A stretch of DNA of 64,000 nucleotides from an uncultured Enterobacterales bacterium. Lineage in GTDB: Bacteria; Myxococcota_A; UBA796; JAFGLY01. Below, piece by piece: positions 8,980 to 17,999 of the stretch. Position 1 is the first letter of the stretch; every line of letters begins with the position of its first letter. The position numbers were made by a program, and so were the translations under genes. Location of the stretch: the NCBI GenBank assembly GCA_964454135.1, contig CAYVQL010000001.1:84977-148976 (forward strand), read 5' to 3'. The notes beneath the pieces are model-generated. The model did not search any database. It saw only the letters and a program-made list of their open reading frames with translations, and had not been told where the DNA came from.

Positions 8980-9711
8980 ATGGCCCGCGCTCTGCTCGTC
9001 GCTCTGCTCTCTGTCGCCAGTGCGCCCTCGCTGGCCGATCCCGGTTCTGTAGGCTGTGAGCAGGGGGTAGCGCAGGCTGGGCCCATGGCGCTGGACAACG
9101 CGCTCGAGGCCTATGCCCAGCTGGACGGTGAGCTCTTCGCCGCCTCCTACGAGGTCGCGGTGCAGGGTATGGCCTGCCTGGATCGACCCCTCTCCACTGA
9201 CGAACAGGCCCAGCTCTGGCTGGTCCGAGGCCTGAAGGCCTGGCTGCGGCGGGATGAGGCCGACGTTGCGGCCTCGTTCGGCGAGCTCTTGGCGCTGCAG
9301 CCGGACTTCGCGCCCGATCCGGAGCTGGTGCCTCCCGGCAGCCGGCTGAACGACATCCTGGAGCAGGCGCGCCTCGATCGGGTTGCGGAGCCGCTGCCTG
9401 CACCGCCTGCCCTGTCGGAGCCAGACGCCTTCGTCGAGCTGGCGATGGATCCGGCCCCCGCCGTGGACAGCGCATCCCCGCTCAGCCGGCCCTCCCGGGC
9501 ACTGCTGGGCGCAGGTCTGGCCAGCGCTGCCGTGGGTGTGGCCTCGGCCGTTGTGGCCCAGCGCGCCCAGGACGGCTTCTGGTCCAGCGGGGCGCGGGAC
9601 GAGGCCGAGCGGGCCTACCAGCTGAACCGCCTGGCCGGTTTCACAGCCTACGGGGCGGCAGGGGTTTCGGCTGGCCTGGTGCTGGGCGCCGTGGTTGTGG
9701 GGAGGTGGTGA
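8980..9711 (+). CDS. Secreted/membrane-anchored hypothetical protein (signal peptide, C-terminal TM helix), in an operon with the downstream kinase.
   Basis: N-terminal signal ALLVALLSVASAPSLA, C-terminal hydrophobic helix. Its TGA stop overlaps the kinase ATG (TGATG). Confidence 0.6.
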   Translation: MARALLVALLSVASAPSLADPGSVGCEQGVAQAGPMALDNALEAYAQLDGELFAASYEVAVQGMACLDRPLSTDEQAQLWLVRGLKAWLRRDEADVAASFGELLALQPDFAPDPELVPPGSRLNDILEQARLDRVAEPLPAPPALSEPDAFVELAMDPAPAVDSASPLSRPSRALLGAGLASAAVGVASAVVAQRAQDGFWSSGARDEAERAYQLNRLAGFTAYGAAGVSAGLVLGAVVVGRW

Positions 9712-11351
9712 TGATGAGCGCCGAGCTGAACGAACGGAGTGCCACACCCACGGAAGCCCCCGAGCTGGTGGGGGCCCTGGGCGAAGGCCAGATCGTGGGT
9801 CGCTACGAAGTGATTCGGGTGCTGGGTCGGGGTGGCATGGCCACTGTCTACCTGGTGCGCCACCTGGCCCTGAGCACGCTGCACGCCCTCAAGGTGCTGG
9901 ACGTGAGCTCCCCGCAGGTGCGGGAGCGTCTGCTGCTGGAGGGTCGCGTGCAGGCGCGACTGCGTCACCCCAACCTGGTGTCGGTGACCGATGTGCTGGA
10001 CGTGCAAGGCGCGCCGGGCCTGCTGATGGAGTTCGTGGACGGTCCCGATCTCGAAGCCTGGATTCGCGGCACATTACCGGATCTGCAGACCGCCGCCCAG
10101 ATGTTCTGCGGCATCCTGTCGGCCATGGAGCAGGCCCACGCCCTGGGCTACGTCCACCGGGATCTCAAGCCAGGCAATGTGCTCTTGGTGCGGGATATCG
10201 GGCGTTGGACACCAAAGGTCACGGATTTTGGCATCGCCAAGGCCATCCATAGCGATACGCCGGGGCACAGCACCCAGGCCGGCTTTCCCATGGGCACGCC
10301 TTCGTATATGGCTCCCGAGCAGGTGAGCCGGGCTCAGGCCGTGGACGTGCGGGCCGACATCTTCTCGCTCGGCTGCATCCTGTACCAGCTGGTCACCCAC
10401 CAGGAGGCCTTCCCGGGCGACAGCGTGCTGGAGATCTTCAACGCGGCGGCCCAGGGGCGCTACCGGGATCCGCGGGAGCTGGTGCCCGACCTGCCCGAGG
10501 CCATGTTCCAGGGGCTGCGGGGCGCGCTGGAGCCCGATCTCGAGGCCCGCATCCCCGACTGTCATACGCTGCGTCTGGTGCTCTCGGGTCAGCTGCCATG
10601 GAGCGCAGAGACCACTTCTCCCCCCAACTTCCAGCTGCCAGCCTGCGCGCTGTCGCCCGTTCTGCTCGAGGAGGAGTCCACTGAACCTGCGCTGAGCGTT
10701 CCGCCCGTGCCCAGCGGGCTCTTCGAGGGCGCCGTGGCGGTTCCCCAGGCTGCGCCTGCGGACCAGGAGGGCACCCTGACAGTGGAGGCCTTCCAGGCCG
10801 CCGAGCGGCTCAACCGCGCTCGCGTGCGGCAGGCCGCCGTCTTCAGCGCCCTGGCCTCGGCGGCCCTGGTGGGCCTGGCCTGGATGGTCCTGGGGCGTCC
10901 CGACGCGGCTGTGATTCCGGAGGCCAGCGCGCCGGCAGCCGAGGTGCTCGTTGCGGAAGTGGCGGAGGTTGCACCCATAGTCGTGCAAGAGGAGGCCGCG
11001 ACCATTCCGGAGGAAGACGCAGCCCTGGCGGAGGAGCCGCCCGCTGCGGAGCTCGCTCCCGCGGTGTCGACGCCGCCCCCTGTGAAGGCCGAGGCGCAGC
11101 CTGCGCCAGCCGCCCGTGCGGCCGCCCGCCCCAGCACGGGCACGGTACGCGCCAGCGGGGATCACAGTGTCCTCTACCTGTTGGACAGCCAGGGGCAGCT
11201 CCACCAACCCGGTGCCCTGGCGCCCGGCAGCTACGACCTGGTGGCCGCCTTCCCCTCGGGGCGCAGCATCGAGCGCCCTGCCTTTTTGACGGTGGAGGCC
11301 GGGCACAGCTACAGCGTGCGCTGCAGCGCCCTGATGGAGAACTGCCGATGA
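9711..11351 (+). CDS. Hanks-type Ser/Thr protein kinase with one TM helix and a C-terminal extracytoplasmic domain.
   Basis: RVLGRGGMATVYLV, catalytic HRDLKPGNVLL, DFGIAK and APEQ motifs. A GGAGG RBS precedes the ATG at 9711-9714. TM segment AAVFSALASAALVGLAWMVLG. Confidence 0.9.
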   Translation: MMSAELNERSATPTEAPELVGALGEGQIVGRYEVIRVLGRGGMATVYLVRHLALSTLHALKVLDVSSPQVRERLLLEGRVQARLRHPNLVSVTDVLDVQGAPGLLMEFVDGPDLEAWIRGTLPDLQTAAQMFCGILSAMEQAHALGYVHRDLKPGNVLLVRDIGRWTPKVTDFGIAKAIHSDTPGHSTQAGFPMGTPSYMAPEQVSRAQAVDVRADIFSLGCILYQLVTHQEAFPGDSVLEIFNAAAQGRYRDPRELVPDLPEAMFQGLRGALEPDLEARIPDCHTLRLVLSGQLPWSAETTSPPNFQLPACALSPVLLEEESTEPALSVPPVPSGLFEGAVAVPQAAPADQEGTLTVEAFQAAERLNRARVRQAAVFSALASAALVGLAWMVLGRPDAAVIPEASAPAAEVLVAEVAEVAPIVVQEEAATIPEEDAALAEEPPAAELAPAVSTPPPVKAEAQPAPAARAAARPSTGTVRASGDHSVLYLLDSQGQLHQPGALAPGSYDLVAAFPSGRSIERPAFLTVEAGHSYSVRCSALMENCR

Positions 11352-12565
11352 AAGGCACCGTTCTGTCGATGTTCCTGCCGCTGCTGGCCGGTTGTCTGCT
11401 GGACACGGACGATTGGGACGCTTGGGAACAGGGGCTGGCTGTGGATGATTCCACTGAAGAGCAGCCCTCGGACACGGGTACGGCGCCCGCTGACAGCGCG
11501 CTGCCCCAGGACACGGGCCTGCAGGACAGCGGGACCTTCGACACCGCGCAGGCGGCCATCGAGCTGCTGGCGGTGGAGCCCGCCTTTGGGCCCAGAGGCG
11601 GCGGCAGCCCCGTTTCGCTGCTGGGAACGGGCTTCGACGAGACGGCCAGCGTGCTCTTCGACCAGGCCGGTGCAGAGCTGGTGGCCAGCAGCGAGGAGCG
11701 CCTGGAGGTGATCACTCCGGCTGCAGCGCAGGCGGGCTGGGCGGATGTGGTGGTTCAACAGGGCCAGACGCAGAGCCAGGCGTTGCAGAGCTTCCGCTAC
11801 CTGGATCTGGACGACGCCACGGGCCAGGCCGGGGCCATGGGCGCCCTGCAGCACTTCGAGTACGTGGGCAGCTACTGGGAGCCCGGAACCCTGGACTACG
11901 GCATGCTCCAGCTCTGGTTTCCCAGTGAGGCCAGCGACCAGCGCTACGGGGACTTCTTCGCCGACCAGGCGGAGAGCTGCCGCAGCAGCGCGGGCTTCGA
12001 GCTGGACAGCAGCGGAGGGATCGACCTCGAGGCCCCCCTCGCCAGGTTGGTGGGCTCCGGGGGTACGGAGCTCGCACCCAGCTGGAATGCGAAGCAGCGG
12101 CGCCTGGACCTGACCCTGGGCCCGACCGATTTCGAGGTCGGCGCCAGCTATGCCCTCTCCTTTTCGGGGCTCTGGGACCTGCCGGACTTCGAGATCGAGC
12201 AGATCCTGCGCACACCGGCTCCCTTGGTGCTCGAGAGTCCCTTGTTGGGAGGCAGCGAGCCGCCTGAGCTGGAGCGGGACGAGCTGAGCTTTGCCTGGCA
12301 GGAGATCGAGGCCGAGCAGGTCTTGGTGTACATGGTGCGTGTCTCCTCCGACGGGCGGCAGGGACTGGAGACGCTCACATGCCTGGCGGAAAACGACGGG
12401 GCCTTCGAGGTGCCCAGCAGCGCCTGGTCCGGCTGGCAGAGGGACCAGGTGCTCTACGTCTACGTGGGCGCTTTGCGCGAGAGCGACGCCCAGGTCCCGC
12501 TGAACAACGGTGACAGCCGGGTGGCGGGGATCTACTGGAATGTGGGTGTGGTGGTGGCGCGCTGA
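11348..12565 (+). CDS. Lipoprotein with an IPT/TIG-like beta-sandwich region, function unknown.
   Basis: Signal peptide plus lipobox LLAGC. Its start overlaps the kinase stop (ATGA). Confidence 0.65.
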   Translation: MKGTVLSMFLPLLAGCLLDTDDWDAWEQGLAVDDSTEEQPSDTGTAPADSALPQDTGLQDSGTFDTAQAAIELLAVEPAFGPRGGGSPVSLLGTGFDETASVLFDQAGAELVASSEERLEVITPAAAQAGWADVVVQQGQTQSQALQSFRYLDLDDATGQAGAMGALQHFEYVGSYWEPGTLDYGMLQLWFPSEASDQRYGDFFADQAESCRSSAGFELDSSGGIDLEAPLARLVGSGGTELAPSWNAKQRRLDLTLGPTDFEVGASYALSFSGLWDLPDFEIEQILRTPAPLVLESPLLGGSEPPELERDELSFAWQEIEAEQVLVYMVRVSSDGRQGLETLTCLAENDGAFEVPSSAWSGWQRDQVLYVYVGALRESDAQVPLNNGDSRVAGIYWNVGVVVAR

Positions 12566-12569
12566 GGGA

Positions 12570-15056
12570 TCAGGGCGAGCTCTGCTGGTACTGATCCCAG
12601 CCCCAGCACAGGATGCCGCCCACGCTGTCGATGCCGCAGTTGTGCTGGGCTCCGGCGCTCAGCTGCACGAAGCCATCCTTGGGGGGCGAGGCCTGGTCGT
12701 AGTGGTCGGCGCCCCAGCAGCGCACCCCGCCGGTGGTCTCCAGGCCGCAGGTGTGGGACTGGCCCGCGCTGACGTGGGAGTAGCTGCCGGACAGAGGCGT
12801 GGACTCGCCGTCGTCGTCGCTGCCCCAGCACTGCACGCCGCCTTTGCCGTCCACGGCGCAGCTGTGGTAGTGCCCGGCGCTGACCTGCACGAAGCTGCCA
12901 CCCGGCGGCGTGGACTCGCCGTAGCTGTCTCCGCCCCAGCAGTAGACGGTGCCGGAGCTGCCGATGGCGCAGCTGTTCCAGTCGCCGGCGCTGACCTGGG
13001 TGAAGCTCCCCTGGGGAGGCGTGGACTGACCCTGGTCGTCGGCGCCCCAGCAGCTGACGGCGCCCGTGTCGTCGACGGCGCAGCTGTGATCGTAGCCCGC
13101 GCTGACCTGGGTGAAGCTCCCCGAAGGAGGTGTGGACTGACCCGCGTCGTCGTTGCCCCAGCAGCGCAGGCTGCCGTTGACGGTCACGCCGCAGGTGTGG
13201 GCCTCGCCGGCGCTGATGTCTGTGAAGGCCTCGCTGGGCTCTTCGGTCTGGCCGTCGCTGTTGTCGCCCCAGCAGGCCACCCAGCCGTCGCTGTCGAGGC
13301 TGCAGGAATGACGGCCCCCGGCGCTGACGCTCTCCATGGTCGCGGGCAGGCCGGCGCAGCGGAAGCCGCGAGCGTTGCCGCGTCCCCAAGGATCGGCGTA
13401 GCAGCGGAACGAGACCCGCAGGGGATTCTCGTCGTTGCACCAGCTGCCCCCGCGGGTCACCCGGTACTCTTCGCCCTCGTCGGCGTAGGGGCTGGTGTCG
13501 GGACCGGTGGGGTCGGTGTTGGCGTCGTTTTCATTGGCCCACTGGTAGTAGTCGGGGTCGTAGTAGTCGGCGACCCACTCGTCGGCGTTGCCCGCCAGCT
13601 GGTAGAAGGCCCTGTCGGCGTCCCAGGCCGTCACGCCCTCCTCGAACTCGTCCACGTCCACCACCTCGCCGATCTCCTTGCCGTAGTTGGCGGGCGTGGG
13701 AGTGAGCGAGGCTGGCAGGTCGTCGCCCCAGGGATACTCGTAGTTGGGGCCGGTGGAGGGACCGCGCGCCGCGGCCTCCCACTGGGCCTCGGTGGGCAGC
13801 CAGCGGCTGGCCCAGCTGCAGTAGGCTTCGGCGTCGTACCAGGAGACGCCGGTGATGGGGCGGTCCTCGTGGCCGTGGTGCGGCGTGTAGATGCCGTCGG
13901 CGGCCTCCGCGATCTCCATCTGCGTCGAGTAGTAGCCAAGCGCACCGCCGGCGCTGCTGAGGAAGGCGGCGTAGGATGCCACGTCTACTTCGTACTGGTC
14001 GACGTCGAAGTCGCTGGTCAGGACTACCAGTCGCTGCGGCTCGCTCTCGGGCCAGGGCGTGCTGTCGGACTCGCGCCCCATGTAGTAGGAACCGGCCTCC
14101 AGCTCGATCAGCTTTCCGGCCACCACCCAGGTGCTCGTTGTGGAGGCGTAGGTGTCGTCCGAGACCTCGAGTGTCACCTGGTAGGCGCCCCGGGCCACGT
14201 AGTCGTGGGAGGTGGTTTTGTCCGTGCTGTACTCGGTCCAGCCGCTGCCGTCGCCGAAGTCCCAGCTGACCTCGAGCTCCTCCGTCGGGGTCTGCTGGTC
14301 GTAGCAGTCGATGGCCGAAAAAGAGAAGTTCTCACCCACCGGTCGGAAGCCGTGGGAGGCGGCGATGTCGCAGAGCGGGGCCTCGGTGTTGAGCGTGGTG
14401 CCGCTCACCACGTTGCTGCCGGTGCTGATGCCCCACTCGTCCTCGACGTAGACCCGGTAGTAATAGGTGGTGTTGGGGGTCAGGCCGGTGTCGGTGCGAT
14501 CCAGGACGTGCTGCTCGGCGGTGGTGTAGACCAGCGTGGCGGCCTGGTCCACATCTTCGCTCTCGGCCCGGTACAGGCGGTAGTAGGCGAAATCCGAGGC
14601 CTGGCTGGCCTGCCAGGACAAGGTCATCTCGGTGGCGGAGATGTCGGTGGGTTCTTCCAGGACCAGGCCCGCGGGGGCCGTGTCGTAGTCGGTGGTGGCG
14701 CTGACCTCGTTGGAGGGGGCGTTGTCTTCGACGCTGTTGAACACCCAGACACGGTAGAAGTACTGGTGGTAGGTCTGCAGGCCCTCGTCCGGGAAAGAGG
14801 TCTCGGTCCGATCGTAGAGCTCGGCCACCAGGGTGTCGTCCAGGGAGACATCCGCTTCTTCGGAGCGGTAGAGCTCGTAGCGGTCGAAGCTGCTGATGGA
14901 GCTCTCGAGCCAGGACAGGGAGATGGAGTCGAAGCCGATGTTGTAGGGGGGCCCCAGCAGCACGGGCTCGGCGGGCTCCACCTGCTCTTCGTCGTCCTTG
15001 CAGGCCATGGCCAGGGTGCAGAGGGATAAACAGAGGGGGAGGGTGAGTCTGGTCAT
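12570..15056 (-). CDS. Lipoprotein with two FN3 domains, a PKD domain, a formylglycine-generating-enzyme (FGE/SUMF1-type) domain and C-terminal RCC1-like repeats.
   Basis: Start set at the internal ATG giving the lipoprotein signal MTRLTLPLCLSLCTLAMAC. FGE block: GSYYMGRE...RVTRGGSW...GFRCAG. Seven or more repeats of SAGxxHxCxxxxxGxxxCWGxxxxGQ. The 537 nt in-frame extension upstream is Arg/Gly-rich and rejected. Confidence 0.8.
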   Translation of the reverse strand: MTRLTLPLCLSLCTLAMACKDDEEQVEPAEPVLLGPPYNIGFDSISLSWLESSISSFDRYELYRSEEADVSLDDTLVAELYDRTETSFPDEGLQTYHQYFYRVWVFNSVEDNAPSNEVSATTDYDTAPAGLVLEEPTDISATEMTLSWQASQASDFAYYRLYRAESEDVDQAATLVYTTAEQHVLDRTDTGLTPNTTYYYRVYVEDEWGISTGSNVVSGTTLNTEAPLCDIAASHGFRPVGENFSFSAIDCYDQQTPTEELEVSWDFGDGSGWTEYSTDKTTSHDYVARGAYQVTLEVSDDTYASTTSTWVVAGKLIELEAGSYYMGRESDSTPWPESEPQRLVVLTSDFDVDQYEVDVASYAAFLSSAGGALGYYSTQMEIAEAADGIYTPHHGHEDRPITGVSWYDAEAYCSWASRWLPTEAQWEAAARGPSTGPNYEYPWGDDLPASLTPTPANYGKEIGEVVDVDEFEEGVTAWDADRAFYQLAGNADEWVADYYDPDYYQWANENDANTDPTGPDTSPYADEGEEYRVTRGGSWCNDENPLRVSFRCYADPWGRGNARGFRCAGLPATMESVSAGGRHSCSLDSDGWVACWGDNSDGQTEEPSEAFTDISAGEAHTCGVTVNGSLRCWGNDDAGQSTPPSGSFTQVSAGYDHSCAVDDTGAVSCWGADDQGQSTPPQGSFTQVSAGDWNSCAIGSSGTVYCWGGDSYGESTPPGGSFVQVSAGHYHSCAVDGKGGVQCWGSDDDGESTPLSGSYSHVSAGQSHTCGLETTGGVRCWGADHYDQASPPKDGFVQLSAGAQHNCGIDSVGGILCWGWDQYQQSSP

Positions 15057-15127
15057 GGGCTCTGGTCCGCGGGAGGGCAGCTTGAGCTTAACATGGAGGG
15101 GACAGCGCATCGGGAGCCGGCCTGTGA

Positions 15128-17623
15128 TCAGGCCCTGCGGCGCCGAACGCCCAGCAGCGCCAGCCAGGCCAGCAGGGCGCCGGCCCCGGCGGCCCGCGCT
15201 CCCTGGCCGCAGCCTTCGCAGCGGCCCTCCTGGGCCGGGGGCACCCAGGGATCCCCGCCCGCGCCGGCGCCCGTGTCCGCCCCTGCAGCCGTGTCGTCGG
15301 GCTCGTCGGATTCGCGATCGTAGTCGTAGCCGGGCAGGCGCCAGACGCGGGCCGCGTCGGCCTGCACCCTGCCCTCGACCACCTCCAGCTCCAGCTGGTG
15401 CCAGCCATCCTCCAGGTCGCGCAGCTCCAGCACGACTTGCTGCCAGGCCCGCGTGCCCACCAGGGAGATCTCGCCCAGATCCTGGCCGTCCAGGCGGGCC
15501 AGCATGGTGCCGGCCTCGGCCCTGGTGGCGGCCATCAGGTCGAGCCCGATGCCCTGGAAGGTCAGCGTGGCGATGGAGCCCGGGACCGCGCATTCGCGGT
15601 ACTGGTGGTAGATCTGCCCGTCTGCGTGGAGCTCGACCCAGTCGCTGTCGAAGTCCCAGTATGCGTTGCGGTCGTCGATGGTCTCGAGCGCGTGGACGGC
15701 CTCCCAGGTCTGGCCCTGGTCGCGGCTGAGCCAGCCGCCATCGAAGCTGCCCAGGGCGATGGCATCGTCCTGGGCGAACTGCGGGGAGATGGCCAGGGTC
15801 ACGCCCAGCTCTTCCGAGGGGCGGGTGGTGGGCTGCCAGCTATCGCCGCCGTCTTCGCTGCGAAAGGGGCCTTCGTCCGCCAGCTGCGCGAAGGCCACCG
15901 GCTGCTGGTCCCACTGGGGCGAGGCCACTACCGACCAGACCGGCCGGTTCTCGAAGGCGTTCAGCTGCGGTTCGGCCCCGTCGATGGAGCGGAACAGGCC
16001 CAGGGGGCTGGCCAGCAAGAGAGTGTCCCCACCGGCGGCCATGGCGAAGATGGTGGTGTTCAGGCGGGCCACCTCGGACCAGCTGTCGCCGTGGTCGCTG
16101 GTGGTCCACAGCTGGCCCTCGCTGCCGCAGCCCACCCAGGCCTGGCCCCGCTCGGGGAAGTCGGCGGGCACGTGAGCCGAGGTGCAGGTCTGGGTGTAGT
16201 CGGTGGGCGTGTGGCAGGTGATGTCACCGAAATCGCCGCCGGCGTGGCACCAACCCCCGCCGTCGTCCACGTTCCCCGCCGCCAGCAGCCAAGGATAGCT
16301 GCTGTGATCCAGGGTCGTGGACATCTGCCAGAAATCTCCCATCTGTTCGTCGGCCCAGAGGGTCCAGCTGATGTCTCCGTCTGTGGTCAGCTGCAGGTCC
16401 TGCTGTTGGTACGAAAAGGCCGTGCAGTCGCGCCCCCAGTCGCCGGGCACCGTCAGCTCCTTGACGTAGCCGCCCACGGTGGAGGAACCCAGGGGCTGCA
16501 CCAGCCCCAGCTCGGGCGTGACTCGCTCGATGCCAGCGCCGTAGTTGCCCCCGAAGACCGACAGGAATCCCCGCGCGTCGTAGGCCAGGCCGATGCCCCG
16601 CCACATCTGGCTTTGCATCGACTCCATGTTGGCCCAAGTGACGCCCTGGTCATGGCTCCAGGCCACGCCCTCCCAGCTGGCCAGGTAGACCGCGCCGTCG
16701 CCCGCCTCGTGCAGCTGGTAGTAGTGCACGCCGTCCGCCGGTTGGCTGGTCTGCACCTCTTCCAGCCCGGCGCTGGACAGCTCCCAGGAGAGGCCTGTGT
16801 CGAAGGAGGCCCACATGGCCTCTTCGGGCAGGGCCGCCAGCACCACGCCGCTGGCGAGCTCCTCGACCACCACCACCGCGCTGTCCTCGAAGCCGGCGGG
16901 CTCGAAGCTCTGGCCCCCGTCCTCGGACAGCAGCAGCCCCTCTTCGGCCGTGGCCAGCCAGACCCGCCCCTCGCTGCCCGTGGCCAGCTGGATGATGGCG
17001 CTGTCCAGCTGGCCTGCGAGCTGCCAGCTGCCGCCGAAGTCCTCGCTGCGGTAGAGCTGGCCGATCTCGTCCAGGGCGAAGGCGCGGCCGCTGCTGGCGA
17101 AGTCGGGGGCCAGGGAGAGATCCTCCATGCTGACATCCGCCAGCTCCGAGACCACCTGCCAGGAGTCCCCCGCGTCCTGGCTGCGCCAGATGGCGCCCGT
17201 GATGTCCTTCCCATCGGGCAGGGTGCCCACGGCCAGGGCCAGGCCGTCGTCCAGCACCTGGGGAGAGGCTTCCAGTTGCTGGATGAGGGCGGTGGCGGGC
17301 AGGTCGGTGTGCACGGTGAAGCTGTCGCCCACGTCGTCGCTGAGCCACAGCCCCTGCCCGGCCGTGCCCACTGCCAGGCGCGTGGCCCCCAGCATGGCAG
17401 CGCAGAGCGCGCCGCTCTGGCTGGGGTACAGGTAGCGCACCTCCACGTCCTGGAGGTTCTGGGAGCGGATCAGCGAGGTGGCGTCCCTGAAGGCTTGCTG
17501 CACAGTGACGACCATCCACTGGGCCTCGGAGCCGGGGGAGACCGCCACCCAGAAGGTGGGGTCGTGGGGCTCGTGGGCCAGGGTGGCGGATGCCAGCAGC
17601 AGGGTGGCGAGGGCGGCGGACAT
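15128..17623 (-). CDS. Secreted BNR/Asp-box repeat protein with a C-terminal MYXO-CTERM-type sorting signal.
   Basis: Signal peptide MSAALATLLLASATLA. Eight or more SxDxGxTW/SW Asp-box motifs. C-terminus GCGQGARAAGAGALLAWLALLGVRRRRA (Cys motif, hydrophobic stretch, Arg run). Confidence 0.8.
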   Translation of the reverse strand: MSAALATLLLASATLAHEPHDPTFWVAVSPGSEAQWMVVTVQQAFRDATSLIRSQNLQDVEVRYLYPSQSGALCAAMLGATRLAVGTAGQGLWLSDDVGDSFTVHTDLPATALIQQLEASPQVLDDGLALAVGTLPDGKDITGAIWRSQDAGDSWQVVSELADVSMEDLSLAPDFASSGRAFALDEIGQLYRSEDFGGSWQLAGQLDSAIIQLATGSEGRVWLATAEEGLLLSEDGGQSFEPAGFEDSAVVVVEELASGVVLAALPEEAMWASFDTGLSWELSSAGLEEVQTSQPADGVHYYQLHEAGDGAVYLASWEGVAWSHDQGVTWANMESMQSQMWRGIGLAYDARGFLSVFGGNYGAGIERVTPELGLVQPLGSSTVGGYVKELTVPGDWGRDCTAFSYQQQDLQLTTDGDISWTLWADEQMGDFWQMSTTLDHSSYPWLLAAGNVDDGGGWCHAGGDFGDITCHTPTDYTQTCTSAHVPADFPERGQAWVGCGSEGQLWTTSDHGDSWSEVARLNTTIFAMAAGGDTLLLASPLGLFRSIDGAEPQLNAFENRPVWSVVASPQWDQQPVAFAQLADEGPFRSEDGGDSWQPTTRPSEELGVTLAISPQFAQDDAIALGSFDGGWLSRDQGQTWEAVHALETIDDRNAYWDFDSDWVELHADGQIYHQYRECAVPGSIATLTFQGIGLDLMAATRAEAGTMLARLDGQDLGEISLVGTRAWQQVVLELRDLEDGWHQLELEVVEGRVQADAARVWRLPGYDYDRESDEPDDTAAGADTGAGAGGDPWVPPAQEGRCEGCGQGARAAGAGALLAWLALLGVRRRRA

Positions 17624-17705
17624 GGGGGGCAGGGTAGCACGGGGGAATGAGGGCTTGGAGTGGCGCGGGGGAGTCCCTGAACCTCGGCCGGGAGGCGGCC
17701 GAAGA

Positions 17706-17969
17706 TCAGGCCCGGGAAGCTCCGACCACCTCGGCGAGGGCGAAGGCCTCGCGCTCGCCATCGACGCCTGGCGGGCTCTGCTCGAGCAGGCGCCAGCCCA
17801 GGTCGGCGACGTAGCCGGGGAGCTCCTCCCGGGTCTGGGAGGAGAGCCACGGCTCGCCGTACAGCCGCAGCGCCAGCAGCGCCAGGGCGCTCTCCCTGCT
17901 CAGGTCGAGCAGGTGCGGATGGGGGTCAGGATGGGGGTCAAGCTCCTGACCCCAGCTCCTGGCCTTCAT
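17706..17969 (-). CDS. Possible small hypothetical protein (87 aa).
   Basis: ORF with a non-low-complexity translation in the gap between two minus-strand genes. No recognisable domain. Confidence 0.25.
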   Translation of the reverse strand: MKARSWGQELDPHPDPHPHLLDLSRESALALLALRLYGEPWLSSQTREELPGYVADLGWRLLEQSPPGVDGEREAFALAEVVGASRA

Positions 17970-17999
17970 CGCTCCTCCGGGGCGGAGACGCTTTTCCGC

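Noticed and set aside
12510-17650. ORFs 12510..15029 + (839 aa) and 15398..17650 + (750 aa), and the N-terminal 179-codon extension of ORF 12570..15593.
   Set aside because: They are antisense to domain-rich lipoprotein genes. The extension is Arg/Gly-rich and overlaps the next gene. The internal ATG gives a canonical lipoprotein signal.
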